Shown: in pieces, positions 49,612 to 58,616 of the stretch
Numbering within the stretch: the first letter of the stretch is position 1
Layout: each line of letters begins with the position of its first letter
Source: Candidatus Methylomirabilia bacterium
Lineage (GTDB): Bacteria; Methylomirabilota; Methylomirabilia; Rokubacteriales; CSP1-6
DNA length: 64,000 nt
Assembly: GCA_041499965.1 (NCBI GenBank)
Contig: JBGQLG010000004.1
Location: forward strand, 15,103 to 79,102
Reading direction: 5' to 3'
Notes under the pieces: generated by a model
Database searches by the model: none
Told to the model about the DNA's origin: nothing
What the model saw: only the letters and a program-made list of their open reading frames with translations
Program-made: the position numbers and the translations under genes

Positions 49612-50415
49612 CTAGGCGCGCGGCACCTCGCCGCTGCGGATGGCGATCTCGCGGACCACCTGGTTGATCCGGCTGACCGCCTCGCCGATGCGGTCGGCCG
49701 CCTCGCTGGTCGCGGTCGACCGCTCGCGCATCTGCAAGAGCTGGGCGCTGGCCAGGATGACCGCGAGCGGGTTGTTGATGCGATCGCCCAGGTACTCGCC
49801 CAGCTCCTTGAGCAGCGCCAGCTCGGCGCCCTGCACCGTCCGCTCCTGCGCCGCGGCCATCGTCTGCCGCTCGGAGTCCAGCCGGGCCACGACGTCGTCG
49901 AGCGCCTTGGCGCTGGCCGCGACCAGCTCGCGCAGATCCTCGGCGCCGCCGTGGGCCAGCGAGTCGAGGACCACCTGGTGGTAGCGCCGCGCGAACTCGA
50001 CGTCGCCGAGCAGCTGGCCCACCGTTTCCTCGTACTCGGCGCGCACGTGGCGGGCGACCAGCGTCTCGAGCTCGTGCGCCACCTGGTTGGGCGCGATCTC
50101 CTTGGCGTCGAGGTACGCGGTGGCGCCGAGGTCGCGGCCGAAGTCGTGGGAGGCGTCGCCGATGAAGATGCTGCTGTAGAAGATGAACGGCAGCTTCTTG
50201 AAGCGCGGGTCCTGGCGGATGGTCCGGCAGAGCTGGAAGCCGTCCATCTTGGGCATCTTCACGTCGGAGACGATGGCGTCGATCGGCTCGCGCTCCAGGA
50301 TCTCCAGCGCCAGGGTGCCGTCGCCCGCGGTCAGGACCTCGTGGCCGGCGCGGCCGAAGAGCGCCGTCAGCATGCGTCGGTGCGGCGACGAGTCGTCCAC
50401 CACGAGGATTCGCAT
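49612..50415 (-). CDS. response-regulator receiver fused to a HisKA-like dimerisation domain lacking the phosphoacceptor His and any ATPase domain
   Basis: MRILVVDDSSPHRRML...SDVKMPKMDG REC domain. C-terminal LGDRINNPLAVILASAQLL parallels the H-box IAHEINNPL with His replaced by Asp. No HATPase_c. Confidence 0.65.
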   Translation of the reverse strand: MRILVVDDSSPHRRMLTALFGRAGHEVLTAGDGTLALEILEREPIDAIVSDVKMPKMDGFQLCRTIRQDPRFKKLPFIFYSSIFIGDASHDFGRDLGATAYLDAKEIAPNQVAHELETLVARHVRAEYEETVGQLLGDVEFARRYHQVVLDSLAHGGAEDLRELVAASAKALDDVVARLDSERQTMAAAQERTVQGAELALLKELGEYLGDRINNPLAVILASAQLLQMRERSTATSEAADRIGEAVSRINQVVREIAIRSGEVPRA

Positions 50416-50471
50416 GGCCCGTCTATCATTACTCGACCGGGCCACCCGGCCGGCAGCCTAAAATGCGCCGC

Positions 50472-50503
50472 GCGGGTGGGGGCCACCGCCGGCCCCCCCC
50501 CCC
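50472..50503 (-). terminator. GC-rich hairpin (GGGGGCC-ACCGCC-GGCCCCC plus C/G run) downstream of the cyclase gene; terminator-like, same architecture as the repeat hairpins
   Basis: Perfect 7-bp stem. A U-rich stretch (AUUUUA) lies only about 14 nt further 3' on the minus-strand transcript, so not a canonical intrinsic terminator. Confidence 0.35.
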
Positions 50504-50504
50504 G

Positions 50505-51452
50505 TCACTTGATCGCGTACGGGTTGATCGGCGTCCCCACGCCGCGGGTGACCGGCAGCGGCGGCGCGACCAGCAGGAAGGCGTAGCGGCCGTCGGCGGC
50601 GCAGTCGGCGGCCAGATCTTCCAGGAAGAAGATCTCGCCCAGCGTGAGCCCCATGTTGGGGATGGCCAGCACGTGGAACGGGTTGCGGAAGCCGGCGATC
50701 TCCGAGGGGCGCACCTCGACCGCGTAGTTGTCGCTGGCGATGGCCGCGATCTCCTTGGCGTGCAGCCACGGCGCGGTGTGGGCGGAGACGCCGGGGAAAT
50801 CGTCCAGGTCGAAGTGCCGCCAGTCCTTCTTGTCCAGGTACCGGCTCATGTGGCCGGTGCGGACCAGCAGGATGTCGCCCCGCTTGATCTCGATCTTGGC
50901 CGCCGCCGCCGTCGCCTCGAGATCGGCGACGGTGATCGCGTAGCCGGGCTCGAGCGCCCGCACGCCCTTGTGGCGCGCCACGTCCAGCAGCACGCCGCGG
51001 CCGGCGATCTTGTTCGTCGTCTTGTCGATGCTGTTCTTGGCCGCGCCGCTGCTGGTCACCAGATTCGCGTCGTAGCCGTTCCACATCTTGCCCTCGTAGA
51101 AGATGTGGGCGAGGCTGTCCCACTGGGTCACCGACTGTAGCGGCATGACGATCCAGTCGTCGGAGCCGCCGTAGCCCTGCATCGCGCGCACCTCGTCCGG
51201 CGTCCGCGGCTGGTCGCCGCCGTCGCGGAACATGGCGTGGATGGGGTTGAAGCGCTGGCGGGTGCCGCTCTGCGGCCCGTCCCGCTGCAGCGGGATGCCG
51301 AGCGCGAAGACCTTGCCCGTCGTGGCCAGCCGGGCGGCGGCGGCGATCGCCTCCGGCGTGATGTAATTCAGGGTGCCGATCTCGTCGTCGGGCCCCCACT
51401 TGCCCCAGTTGCGCACTTGAAGCACGAGCTTTCGGAGGATGTCTTCACTCAT
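50505..51452 (-). CDS. cyclase-family protein (kynurenine formamidase-like metal-dependent hydrolase)
   Basis: 315 aa. Family call is pattern-based. Confidence 0.6.
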   Translation of the reverse strand: MSEDILRKLVLQVRNWGKWGPDDEIGTLNYITPEAIAAAARLATTGKVFALGIPLQRDGPQSGTRQRFNPIHAMFRDGGDQPRTPDEVRAMQGYGGSDDWIVMPLQSVTQWDSLAHIFYEGKMWNGYDANLVTSSGAAKNSIDKTTNKIAGRGVLLDVARHKGVRALEPGYAITVADLEATAAAAKIEIKRGDILLVRTGHMSRYLDKKDWRHFDLDDFPGVSAHTAPWLHAKEIAAIASDNYAVEVRPSEIAGFRNPFHVLAIPNMGLTLGEIFFLEDLAADCAADGRYAFLLVAPPLPVTRGVGTPINPYAIK

Positions 51453-51531
51453 GGCCCGCCATCATACGGTACTCTCGCGGTCAGGGAACGCCGGGGCCCC
51501 TCGGCGCGTTTGCAACAAATGGAGGACGCCC

Positions 51532-52047
51532 ATGACCATCCAGTGGCGGCGACAGGCCATCCTGACGGCGATCGTGATGCTCCTGCTCGGGCCCGGACTG
51601 ACCGACCGCGTTCTGGCCGACGGCGGCGGTGGCGACGACCGCGCCAACCAGCCGCGGGGCCGGGCGGAAGACCCCGACTACACAGCGGGGGTGAAGGCGA
51701 TCCGGGCCAACCGGTTCGCCGAGGCGATGCCGCTGCTGCAGCGCGTCGTCGACCGCGACGCCAAGAACGCCGACGCCTACAACTGGCTCGCCTACGCCAC
51801 CCGGCGCAACGGCGATGCCACCGCGGCGCTGCCGCTCTACGAGAAGGCGCTGGCGATCGACCCCAAGCACCGGGGCGCCCACGAGTACATCGGCGAGGCC
51901 TACCTGATCCTGGGCAACCTGCCCAAGGCCAAGGAGCACCTGGCCCGGCTCGACTCGCTGTGCACGCTGGGCTGCTCGCAGTACCGCGATCTGAAGAAGG
52001 CCGTCGAGGAGTACGAGAAGACCGGCAAGGTGTCGGCCACGCACTGA
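51532..52047 (+). CDS. secreted TPR-repeat protein
   Basis: Signal peptide (ILTAIVMLLLGPGLT). ADAYNWLAYATRRNGD...ALPLYEKALAIDPKH...AHEYIGEAYLILGN TPR-like repeats. GGAGG SD before ATG 51532. Confidence 0.6.
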   Translation: MTIQWRRQAILTAIVMLLLGPGLTDRVLADGGGGDDRANQPRGRAEDPDYTAGVKAIRANRFAEAMPLLQRVVDRDAKNADAYNWLAYATRRNGDATAALPLYEKALAIDPKHRGAHEYIGEAYLILGNLPKAKEHLARLDSLCTLGCSQYRDLKKAVEEYEKTGKVSATH

Positions 52048-52103
52048 CCCGCCGCTTGTCCTGAGGCCCCTCGTCCCGTACGCTCCCGGGTGCCGGCCGC
52101 CCG

Positions 52104-53351
52104 ATGCGTGGCCGGGACGAGGAGGCCCCGGTGAAGGTCGGCATCTTCTACGAGCTGCAGTTGCCCCGTCCGTGGGGCGAGCGGAGCGAGTACCAGCTTC
52201 TGCAAGACGCGCTCAGCCAGATCGAGCTGGCCGATCGGCTCGGCTTCGACTACGCCTGGTGCGTCGAGCACCACTTCCTCGAGGAGTACTCGCACTGCTC
52301 GGCGCCCGAGGTGTTCCTGGGCGCGGCCACCCAGCGCACCAAGCGCATCCGTCTCGGCCACGGGATCGTCCAGCTCCCGACCAATCATCCGATCCGTGTT
52401 GCCGAGCGGGTGTCCACGCTCGATCTGCTCTCGGGCGGCCGCGTCGAGCTGGGGCTCGGCGAGGGGCAGGGGCCCGTCGAGCTGCACCCGTTCGGGGCCC
52501 GCGTGCGCGACAAGCGCGAGGTGTGGGAGGAAGCCGTACAGGCGCTCGTCCCCGCGTTCACCCAGAGCGCCTGGCAGTGGGAGGGCCGGCACTTCAAGTT
52601 CCCTGCGCGCAACGTGCTGCCCAAGCCGTTCCAGAAGCCGCACCCGCCGCTGTGGGTCGCCTGCTCGAATATCCAGACGATCGCCAACGCCGGCCGCTGG
52701 GGCATGGGCGCGCTCGGCTTCCAGTTCGTCTCGCCCGACGCCGCCCGCGCGTGGGTGAACCGCTACTACCTGGAGCTGACGCAGAACCTGGCGCGGCTCG
52801 CCGACTACCCGGCGAACCCGAACATCGCCATGGTCAGCGGCTTCATGTGCGCGCCCACCGACGAGGAGGCGCTGGCCAAGGCCTCGGGCTGGACGTTCTT
52901 CGTCTTCTGCCTCAGCCACTACGGCCGCCACGGCATTCCCAACCCGGGCGAGGGGAACATGTGGGAGGCCTACCAGGAGTGGCGCCACACCGACCAGGCG
53001 CAGGAGACGCTGCGCAGCGGGCTCATCGGCTCGCCGGAGACGATCCGCCGCCGGCTGCGCGAGTTCGAGGTGACCGGCGTGGACCAGGTGATCTTGCTGG
53101 CCCAGGCCGGCCGCACCGCCCACGAGGACATCTGCAAGAGCCTCGAGCTGTTCGCGCGCGAGGTGATGCCGGAGTTCCACGCGCGCGAGCCCGAGCACGC
53201 GCGCTGGAAGGCCGACGTGCTGGCCGGCCGTGTGCACCTGCAGGGCGAGGACTCGGACACCTACCGGCTCTACGCCCACCAGAACGAGGACATCGTGCGG
53301 CTCACGCCGGCCGAGCTGAAGGCCAAGAGGGTGGCCAAGGAGCGCGCGTGA
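52104..53351 (+). CDS. LLM-class (luciferase-like) flavin/F420-dependent oxidoreductase
   Basis: TIM-barrel LLM pattern (VGIFYELQ...DYAWCVEHHF...LGLGEG...). Start may be GTG 52131. Confidence 0.7.
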   Translation: MRGRDEEAPVKVGIFYELQLPRPWGERSEYQLLQDALSQIELADRLGFDYAWCVEHHFLEEYSHCSAPEVFLGAATQRTKRIRLGHGIVQLPTNHPIRVAERVSTLDLLSGGRVELGLGEGQGPVELHPFGARVRDKREVWEEAVQALVPAFTQSAWQWEGRHFKFPARNVLPKPFQKPHPPLWVACSNIQTIANAGRWGMGALGFQFVSPDAARAWVNRYYLELTQNLARLADYPANPNIAMVSGFMCAPTDEEALAKASGWTFFVFCLSHYGRHGIPNPGEGNMWEAYQEWRHTDQAQETLRSGLIGSPETIRRRLREFEVTGVDQVILLAQAGRTAHEDICKSLELFAREVMPEFHAREPEHARWKADVLAGRVHLQGEDSDTYRLYAHQNEDIVRLTPAELKAKRVAKERA

Positions 53352-53683
53352 GCGCGCACGGGCTGCCGGCGCTCGCCTGGCTGGTGTTCGTGGGCGCGGC
53401 GTTGCTGGAGGTGGGCGGCGACGCCACCGTTCGCCACGGGCTCCGCGGGGGCCGCGCCGGCGTGATCATTGCCGGCTGCGTACTGCTGGCCGGCTACGGC
53501 CTGCTCGTGAACGTCGTGCGGTGGGACCTCTCGCGGCTGCTCGGCGCTTATGTCGCGGTATTTGCACTGGTCAGCGTGCTGGTCGGGCGCCTCGTGCTGC
53601 ACGAGAGCGTGCCGATCTCCACCTGGCTCGGGGTCGGCATCATCTGCGCCGGCGGCGCCGTCGTGCAGTTCGGCTCGCGCTGA
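53347..53683 (+). CDS. small 4-TM membrane protein, YnfA/UPF0060 (SMR-like) family
   Basis: About 111 aa, four hydrophobic helices. GTG start overlapping the LLM stop. Hidden inside the ORF-track frame 52172..53683. Confidence 0.5.
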
Positions 53684-54411
53684 TGCCCGCGCTGCTCGTG
53701 CACGGCGTCCCCGACACCGATCGCGTCTGGCATGCGGTCGTTCCGCGGCTGGGGCGGCCCGACGTGGTGACGCTGCGGCTGCCGGGCTTCGGCGGGCCGA
53801 CGCCCGACGGCTTCGATTCGACGAAGGACGCGTACGCCGCCTGGCTCGTCGAGCACATCGTGGCGCAGGACGGGCCGGTCGACCTGGTCGGCCACGACTG
53901 GGGCGCGCTGCTCGTGCTCCGCGCGGCGTGTCTGCGACCGGAGCTGGTGCGGAGCTGGGCGGTGGGGGCTGCGCCGCTCGACGCCGAGTACGTCTGGCAC
54001 AAGGCTGCCCAGGCCTGGCAGACGCCCGAGGTCGGCGAGCAGGTGATGGCGCGGCTCACGGGGCCGGCGATGGAGAAAGCGCTGGCCGCGGCGGGCGTGC
54101 CGTCCGAGGACGCGCGCGAGGCGGCGGCCCATCTCGACGACACGATGAAGCGCTGCATCCTGCGCCTCTACCGCTCGGCCATCACGGTCGGCGAGCAGTG
54201 GGGTCCCGACCTCAGCCGGCTGCCCGCGCCGGGGCTGATCCTGTGGGGCGAGCTGGATCCCTACGCGGCGCCGACGTGGGGGGAACGGCTCGCCGCCCGC
54301 ACGGGCGCGCGCTTCGTGTCGCTCGCGGGATGCTCGCACTGGTGGCAGCTCGAGCGCCCGGCCGACGTGGCGACGCTGCTCACGACGCACTGGGACGGCG
54401 CCGGGCGATGA
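53683..54411 (+). CDS. alpha/beta-fold hydrolase
   Basis: MPALLVHGVPDTDRVW...LVGHDWGALL nucleophile-elbow-like context. ATG overlaps the previous stop (TGATG). Confidence 0.65.
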   Translation: MPALLVHGVPDTDRVWHAVVPRLGRPDVVTLRLPGFGGPTPDGFDSTKDAYAAWLVEHIVAQDGPVDLVGHDWGALLVLRAACLRPELVRSWAVGAAPLDAEYVWHKAAQAWQTPEVGEQVMARLTGPAMEKALAAAGVPSEDAREAAAHLDDTMKRCILRLYRSAITVGEQWGPDLSRLPAPGLILWGELDPYAAPTWGERLAARTGARFVSLAGCSHWWQLERPADVATLLTTHWDGAGR

Positions 54412-56672
54412 TCGGGCAATCGCATCCCCGCCTGGGCGGCGGGCCGCTGGTGACCGGCACCGGCCGCTTCGTGGACGACGTGCGGGTGCCGGGGATGCTG
54501 CACGCCGCGGTGCTGCGCTCGCCCCACGCCCACGCGCGGCTCGTCTCCATCGACGCCAAGCGGGCGCGCGATCTGCCCGGCGTGCGCGCGGTGCTGACCG
54601 CGGCCGACGTGCCGGCCGCCGCCATCATTCCCAACCGCGTGCCGGCTCCGGCCGGCACCGATCGCTATCTGCAGCCGGCCATCGCCCGCACCGTGGTGCG
54701 CTACGTGGGCGAGCCGGTGGCGCTCGTCGTCGCCGACGATCCGTACCTGGCCCGCGACGCCGCCGAGCTGATCGACGCGGTGTACGAGACGCTGCCCGCC
54801 TGCCCGTCGGTGGCCGACGCGCTGGCGCCGGGCGCGCCGCGGCTGTTCGCCGGGACCGACTCGAACAACGTCGCCACCATCACCATGCGCGTGGGCGACG
54901 TCGACGCCGCGCTGGCCGGCGCCGCCGTCGTCATCCGCGAGCGGTATGACTATCCGCGCCAGACGGCCGCCGCGCTGGAGACGCGCGGGCTGGTGGCGGT
55001 GCCGCCGGCGGCCAGCGGCGGCGAGCTGCACCTGATCGGCTCGACGAAGTGCATTCACATCAACCGCACGATCCTGGCGCCGATCTTCGGCATGCCGCCC
55101 GGCGCGCTGCGGCTCACCGAGGTGGACGTCGGCGGCGGCTTCGGCGTGCGGGGAGAGCTGTACCCCGAGGACATCCTGGTGCCGCTGGCCGCGCTCAAGC
55201 TGGGCCGGCCGGTGAAGTGGATCGAGAGCCGGCGCGAGAACCTCATGGCCGCCAACCACGCCCGCGAGGTCGCCTACGAGATCGAGATCGGCTTCGCCGG
55301 CGACGGCCGCATCCTGGGCATCCGCGCGGTGATCCACGCGGACATCGGCGCCTACGTGCGCACGGCCGCGCTGGTGCCGGCGGAGTTCGGCGCGTCGCTG
55401 CTGCCCGGCCCGTATCGCGTGCCCAGCTACGCCTGCGACCTCTGGTCGGTGGTGACCAACAAGACGCCGGCGGGCACGCTGCGCTCGCCCGGTCGCCCGG
55501 AGTGCAACTTCGTGCGCGAGCGACTGCTGGACCGGGGCGCCGCGCGCCTCGGCCTCGACCCGGCCGAGCTGCGCCGGCGCAACCTGATCCGCCCTGAGGA
55601 GATGCCCTACGACTGCGGCACGAAGTCGTTCGGCGTCAACACGGTGTACGACTCCGGCGATTTCCCCGCGCTGTTCGCCGAGCTGCTGCGCCGGCTCGAC
55701 TACGACGGGGCGCGCGCCGAGCAGGCGACGCTGAACGCCCGGCCCGGACTGCGGCGCGGCATCGGCCTGGCCGTGTACGTCGAGAAGACCGGGCTCGGCC
55801 CCTTCGAGACCACGCAGGTGGAGGCGCGCGCCGACGGCACGCTGGTGGTGGACACCGGCGCCTCGTCGATGGGCCCGGGGCTGGAGACGGTGCTCGCGCA
55901 GATCCTCGGCGAATCGCTCGGCCTTCCGCCCGCGCGCTTCCACGTGCGCCACGCCGACACCGCCGCCGTGGAGAGCGGCGTGGGCACCTACGGCTCGCGC
56001 GGCACGGTCACCGCGGGCAACGCGGCCGCATTGGCCGCGGCCAAGCTCATCGCCGAGGCGCGCTCGCGGGCCGCCGCCCGTCTGGGCGTGGCCGAGGCCG
56101 AGGTGACGTACGCGGGCGGCGTGCTCGAGGCCGGCGGCCGTCGCGTCACGCTGGCCGAGCTGGCCGCCGAGCGCCGCCTGGCCGCCGGCGCCTCGTTCGA
56201 GGTGCCCAAGGTGACGTACGCCGGCTGCGCCTGCGCCGTCGTGCTCGACGTCGACGCCGAGACGGGCACGCTCGCGCTGCGCCGCATCGTCGTGGGCGCC
56301 GACGTCGGGCGCGCGGTGAACCCGGCGCTGGTCGACGCCCAGCTCGTGGGCGGTGTGGCCTTCGGCATCGGCAACACGCTGCACGAGAGCCTGGCCTACG
56401 ACGCCGACGGCCAGCTCGTCTCCGGCACGCTCATGGACTACGCGCTGCCGCTGGCCACCGACGTCCCCGTCGTGGACGGCTTTTACCAGGAGGTGCGCGC
56501 CAAGACCAACCCGCTCGGCCTGCGCGGCCTCGGCGAGTGCGGCAACCCGGGTCTCGGCGGCGCCATCGCCAACGCTGTGTGCGACGCGCTCGGCCGGCCC
56601 GAGCTGGCCATCACCGCGCTGCCGCTCACGCCCGCCCGGATCCGCGCGGCGATCGAGCGGGCGGCGCCATGA
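54408..56672 (+). CDS. molybdopterin-dependent hydroxylase large subunit (xanthine dehydrogenase/CoxL family); no adjacent small (2Fe-2S) or medium (FAD) subunit genes
   Basis: 754 aa. GRFVDDVRVPGMLHAAVLRSPHAHARLVSID N-terminus. Later GGGFGVRGE and EAR...PLGLRGLGECG motifs. ATGA overlaps with both flanking genes. Confidence 0.8.
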   Translation: MIGQSHPRLGGGPLVTGTGRFVDDVRVPGMLHAAVLRSPHAHARLVSIDAKRARDLPGVRAVLTAADVPAAAIIPNRVPAPAGTDRYLQPAIARTVVRYVGEPVALVVADDPYLARDAAELIDAVYETLPACPSVADALAPGAPRLFAGTDSNNVATITMRVGDVDAALAGAAVVIRERYDYPRQTAAALETRGLVAVPPAASGGELHLIGSTKCIHINRTILAPIFGMPPGALRLTEVDVGGGFGVRGELYPEDILVPLAALKLGRPVKWIESRRENLMAANHAREVAYEIEIGFAGDGRILGIRAVIHADIGAYVRTAALVPAEFGASLLPGPYRVPSYACDLWSVVTNKTPAGTLRSPGRPECNFVRERLLDRGAARLGLDPAELRRRNLIRPEEMPYDCGTKSFGVNTVYDSGDFPALFAELLRRLDYDGARAEQATLNARPGLRRGIGLAVYVEKTGLGPFETTQVEARADGTLVVDTGASSMGPGLETVLAQILGESLGLPPARFHVRHADTAAVESGVGTYGSRGTVTAGNAAALAAAKLIAEARSRAAARLGVAEAEVTYAGGVLEAGGRRVTLAELAAERRLAAGASFEVPKVTYAGCACAVVLDVDAETGTLALRRIVVGADVGRAVNPALVDAQLVGGVAFGIGNTLHESLAYDADGQLVSGTLMDYALPLATDVPVVDGFYQEVRAKTNPLGLRGLGECGNPGLGGAIANAVCDALGRPELAITALPLTPARIRAAIERAAP

Positions 56673-57640
56673 TCCGCGCCGCCGATCGTCTCGAGATCGT
56701 CGTCCTCGTCGACAACACCACCGACAGCCTGTCCACCACGCCGAAGCACGTCATTCCCGAGTGGGCCGGGCTGTACGCGGCGGGACGCCTGCCGACGCTA
56801 TCCGGCGAGGTCACCTGCCGGGCGCACCACGGCCTGTCGCTGCTGCTCACGGCGTACGTCGGCGAGGAGCGCCACACGCTGCTCTTCGACGCCGGCCCGG
56901 CCGGCTCCACGCTGACCCAGAACGCGACGATCCTGGGGGTGGACTGGAGCGAGATCGAGGCGGTTGTGCTGTCGCACGGCCACTGGGACCATGGCGGCGG
57001 CCTGCTCACCGCGATCGAGACGATCGCCCGGCACCGCAGCCCCGGCCAGCTCGACTGCTTCGTGCATCCCGGCATGTTCCGGCAGCGCGGCTCCCGGCGG
57101 CCGGACGGCATCCTGCTCGTGCAGGAGCGACTGCCGGATACGGAGGGGCTCGGCCGGGCCGGCGCCACCGTGGTCAGCACCCGCGAGGCGCAGACCGCCG
57201 TCGGCGGCGTCTTCTACGTGAGCGGCGAGATCCCGCGGGTGACGCCGTACGAGGTCGGGCTGCCCGGCCACGTCCAGCGCGCCGCCGACGGCTCGTGGGA
57301 GGACGATCCGCTCATCATGGACGAGCGCTTCGTCTCCGTGCACCTCAAGGGCCGGGGCCAGTTCGTCTTCTCCGCCTGCTCGCACGCCGGCGTCGTCAAC
57401 GTGCTGACCCACGCGCGCGAGGTCTTTCCCTCGCTGCCGCTCTACGGGGTGATGGGCGGGTTGCACCTGTCCGGCGTGACGGAGAAGATTATCCCGGACA
57501 CGGTCGCCGGGCTGAAGCGCTTCGGCCTGAGCGTGCTGGCGCCCGGGCACTGCACCGGCTGGCGGGCGATGAGTCTCCTGGCCCGCGAGTTCGGCGACGA
57601 GCTGGTGCCCTCGGCGGTGGGTAAACGTTATCTGGTTTGA
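56669..57640 (+). CDS. MBL-fold metallo-hydrolase
   Basis: VLSHGHWDHGGG (HxHxDH). Later His/Asp ligand spacing consistent with the beta-lactamase fold. Confidence 0.75.
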   Translation: MIRAADRLEIVVLVDNTTDSLSTTPKHVIPEWAGLYAAGRLPTLSGEVTCRAHHGLSLLLTAYVGEERHTLLFDAGPAGSTLTQNATILGVDWSEIEAVVLSHGHWDHGGGLLTAIETIARHRSPGQLDCFVHPGMFRQRGSRRPDGILLVQERLPDTEGLGRAGATVVSTREAQTAVGGVFYVSGEIPRVTPYEVGLPGHVQRAADGSWEDDPLIMDERFVSVHLKGRGQFVFSACSHAGVVNVLTHAREVFPSLPLYGVMGGLHLSGVTEKIIPDTVAGLKRFGLSVLAPGHCTGWRAMSLLAREFGDELVPSAVGKRYLV

Positions 57641-57947
57641 CGGGGGGGCCCCGAAGGGTCACGGAGCAGGTCGAACCCGCTCACCGTGCCGTTTCGGGGC
57701 TCCGTCTCCTCGAAGTGGGTTCCCGCGGGCGGCGCTGCTGCCGCCGCCCAGAAGCGAACTTCTCTTCATCGGCCGGTCTGGGCGTCGGGAATCCGCGAGA
57801 GCGCGTGAGCATCTGTCTTCCCGAGCGCGTGAAGTGACGGTACGACTCACGACAATCGCGGGGATAGGCTGGCCGGCCGACAAGCGCCTTCCCGAGGCGC
57901 TTCCCCATGATCCCCTGTCGGGAGCCGTTCAACGGGAGAACGACACG

Positions 57948-58304
57948 ATGAAGGCAGCAACCATTGCAGCGGGTGTGTTCCTCCTCGCGATCGCGACGCC
58001 GGCGCGTGCGGAACTGACGACGCAGGGATGGCTCGACTTCTACGATGGAAAGGCCGGACCGTCCGTCGTGGTGGCACAACTGATGGCAGAGTCCTATGTG
58101 CTCGGCATGGCGGCCAGCGTGATCGCGCTGCGAATCCTCTCGTGCCGAGATGGTTACCTCCCGAAGGCCGAAGACATCGCGAGGCTCACTGCGCGTGTGC
58201 TTCGGGACAACCTCTCGCACCCGGGCATGTCCGTTACCGCGGCGGTACTCGCTGCGGCAACCATTGACGGGACCTGCCAACGCGGCGAGCGAGGCGCGCG
58301 ATGA
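57948..58304 (+). CDS. small secreted hypothetical protein (118 aa), lower GC than surroundings
   Basis: MKAATIAAGVFLLAIATPARA signal peptide. GGAGAA SD. Local GC about 62% against about 70%. The ORF-track start at 57834 is an extension. Confidence 0.5.
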   Translation: MKAATIAAGVFLLAIATPARAELTTQGWLDFYDGKAGPSVVVAQLMAESYVLGMAASVIALRILSCRDGYLPKAEDIARLTARVLRDNLSHPGMSVTAAVLAAATIDGTCQRGERGAR

Positions 58305-58616
58305 TCGCCGCCCGACGAGGGCGACCGGTCCGGGGACGTGGCGGGCAGAAAACTCCGTGCCGGGCACTCAAGCCAGCCCACCTAGCGATGTTCGACGCTG
58401 GGCACGTTGAACTTTCCACTCCCGCCAGCGATCGGCTGGGCCGCCCACGCCGCACCCTGCGACTCCGCTCGTTTCGGTGGCCGTAGACCGTGCTGCCGGC
58501 GACGTAGCCCGCCTCGTGAAGCCTCCCTCCGGGCGCCCACCAGGGCGGTTGGCCCGGCCGCGCCGCCGGAGTACCATAAGCCCCTCGCGGGTTTCCGGTC
58601 CGCCAGGAGGGACGAG

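Noticed and set aside
57681-58367. 228-aa minus-strand ORF spanning the small secreted-protein locus
   Set aside because: Arg-rich antisense translation. The plus-strand 118-aa ORF has a signal peptide and SD.
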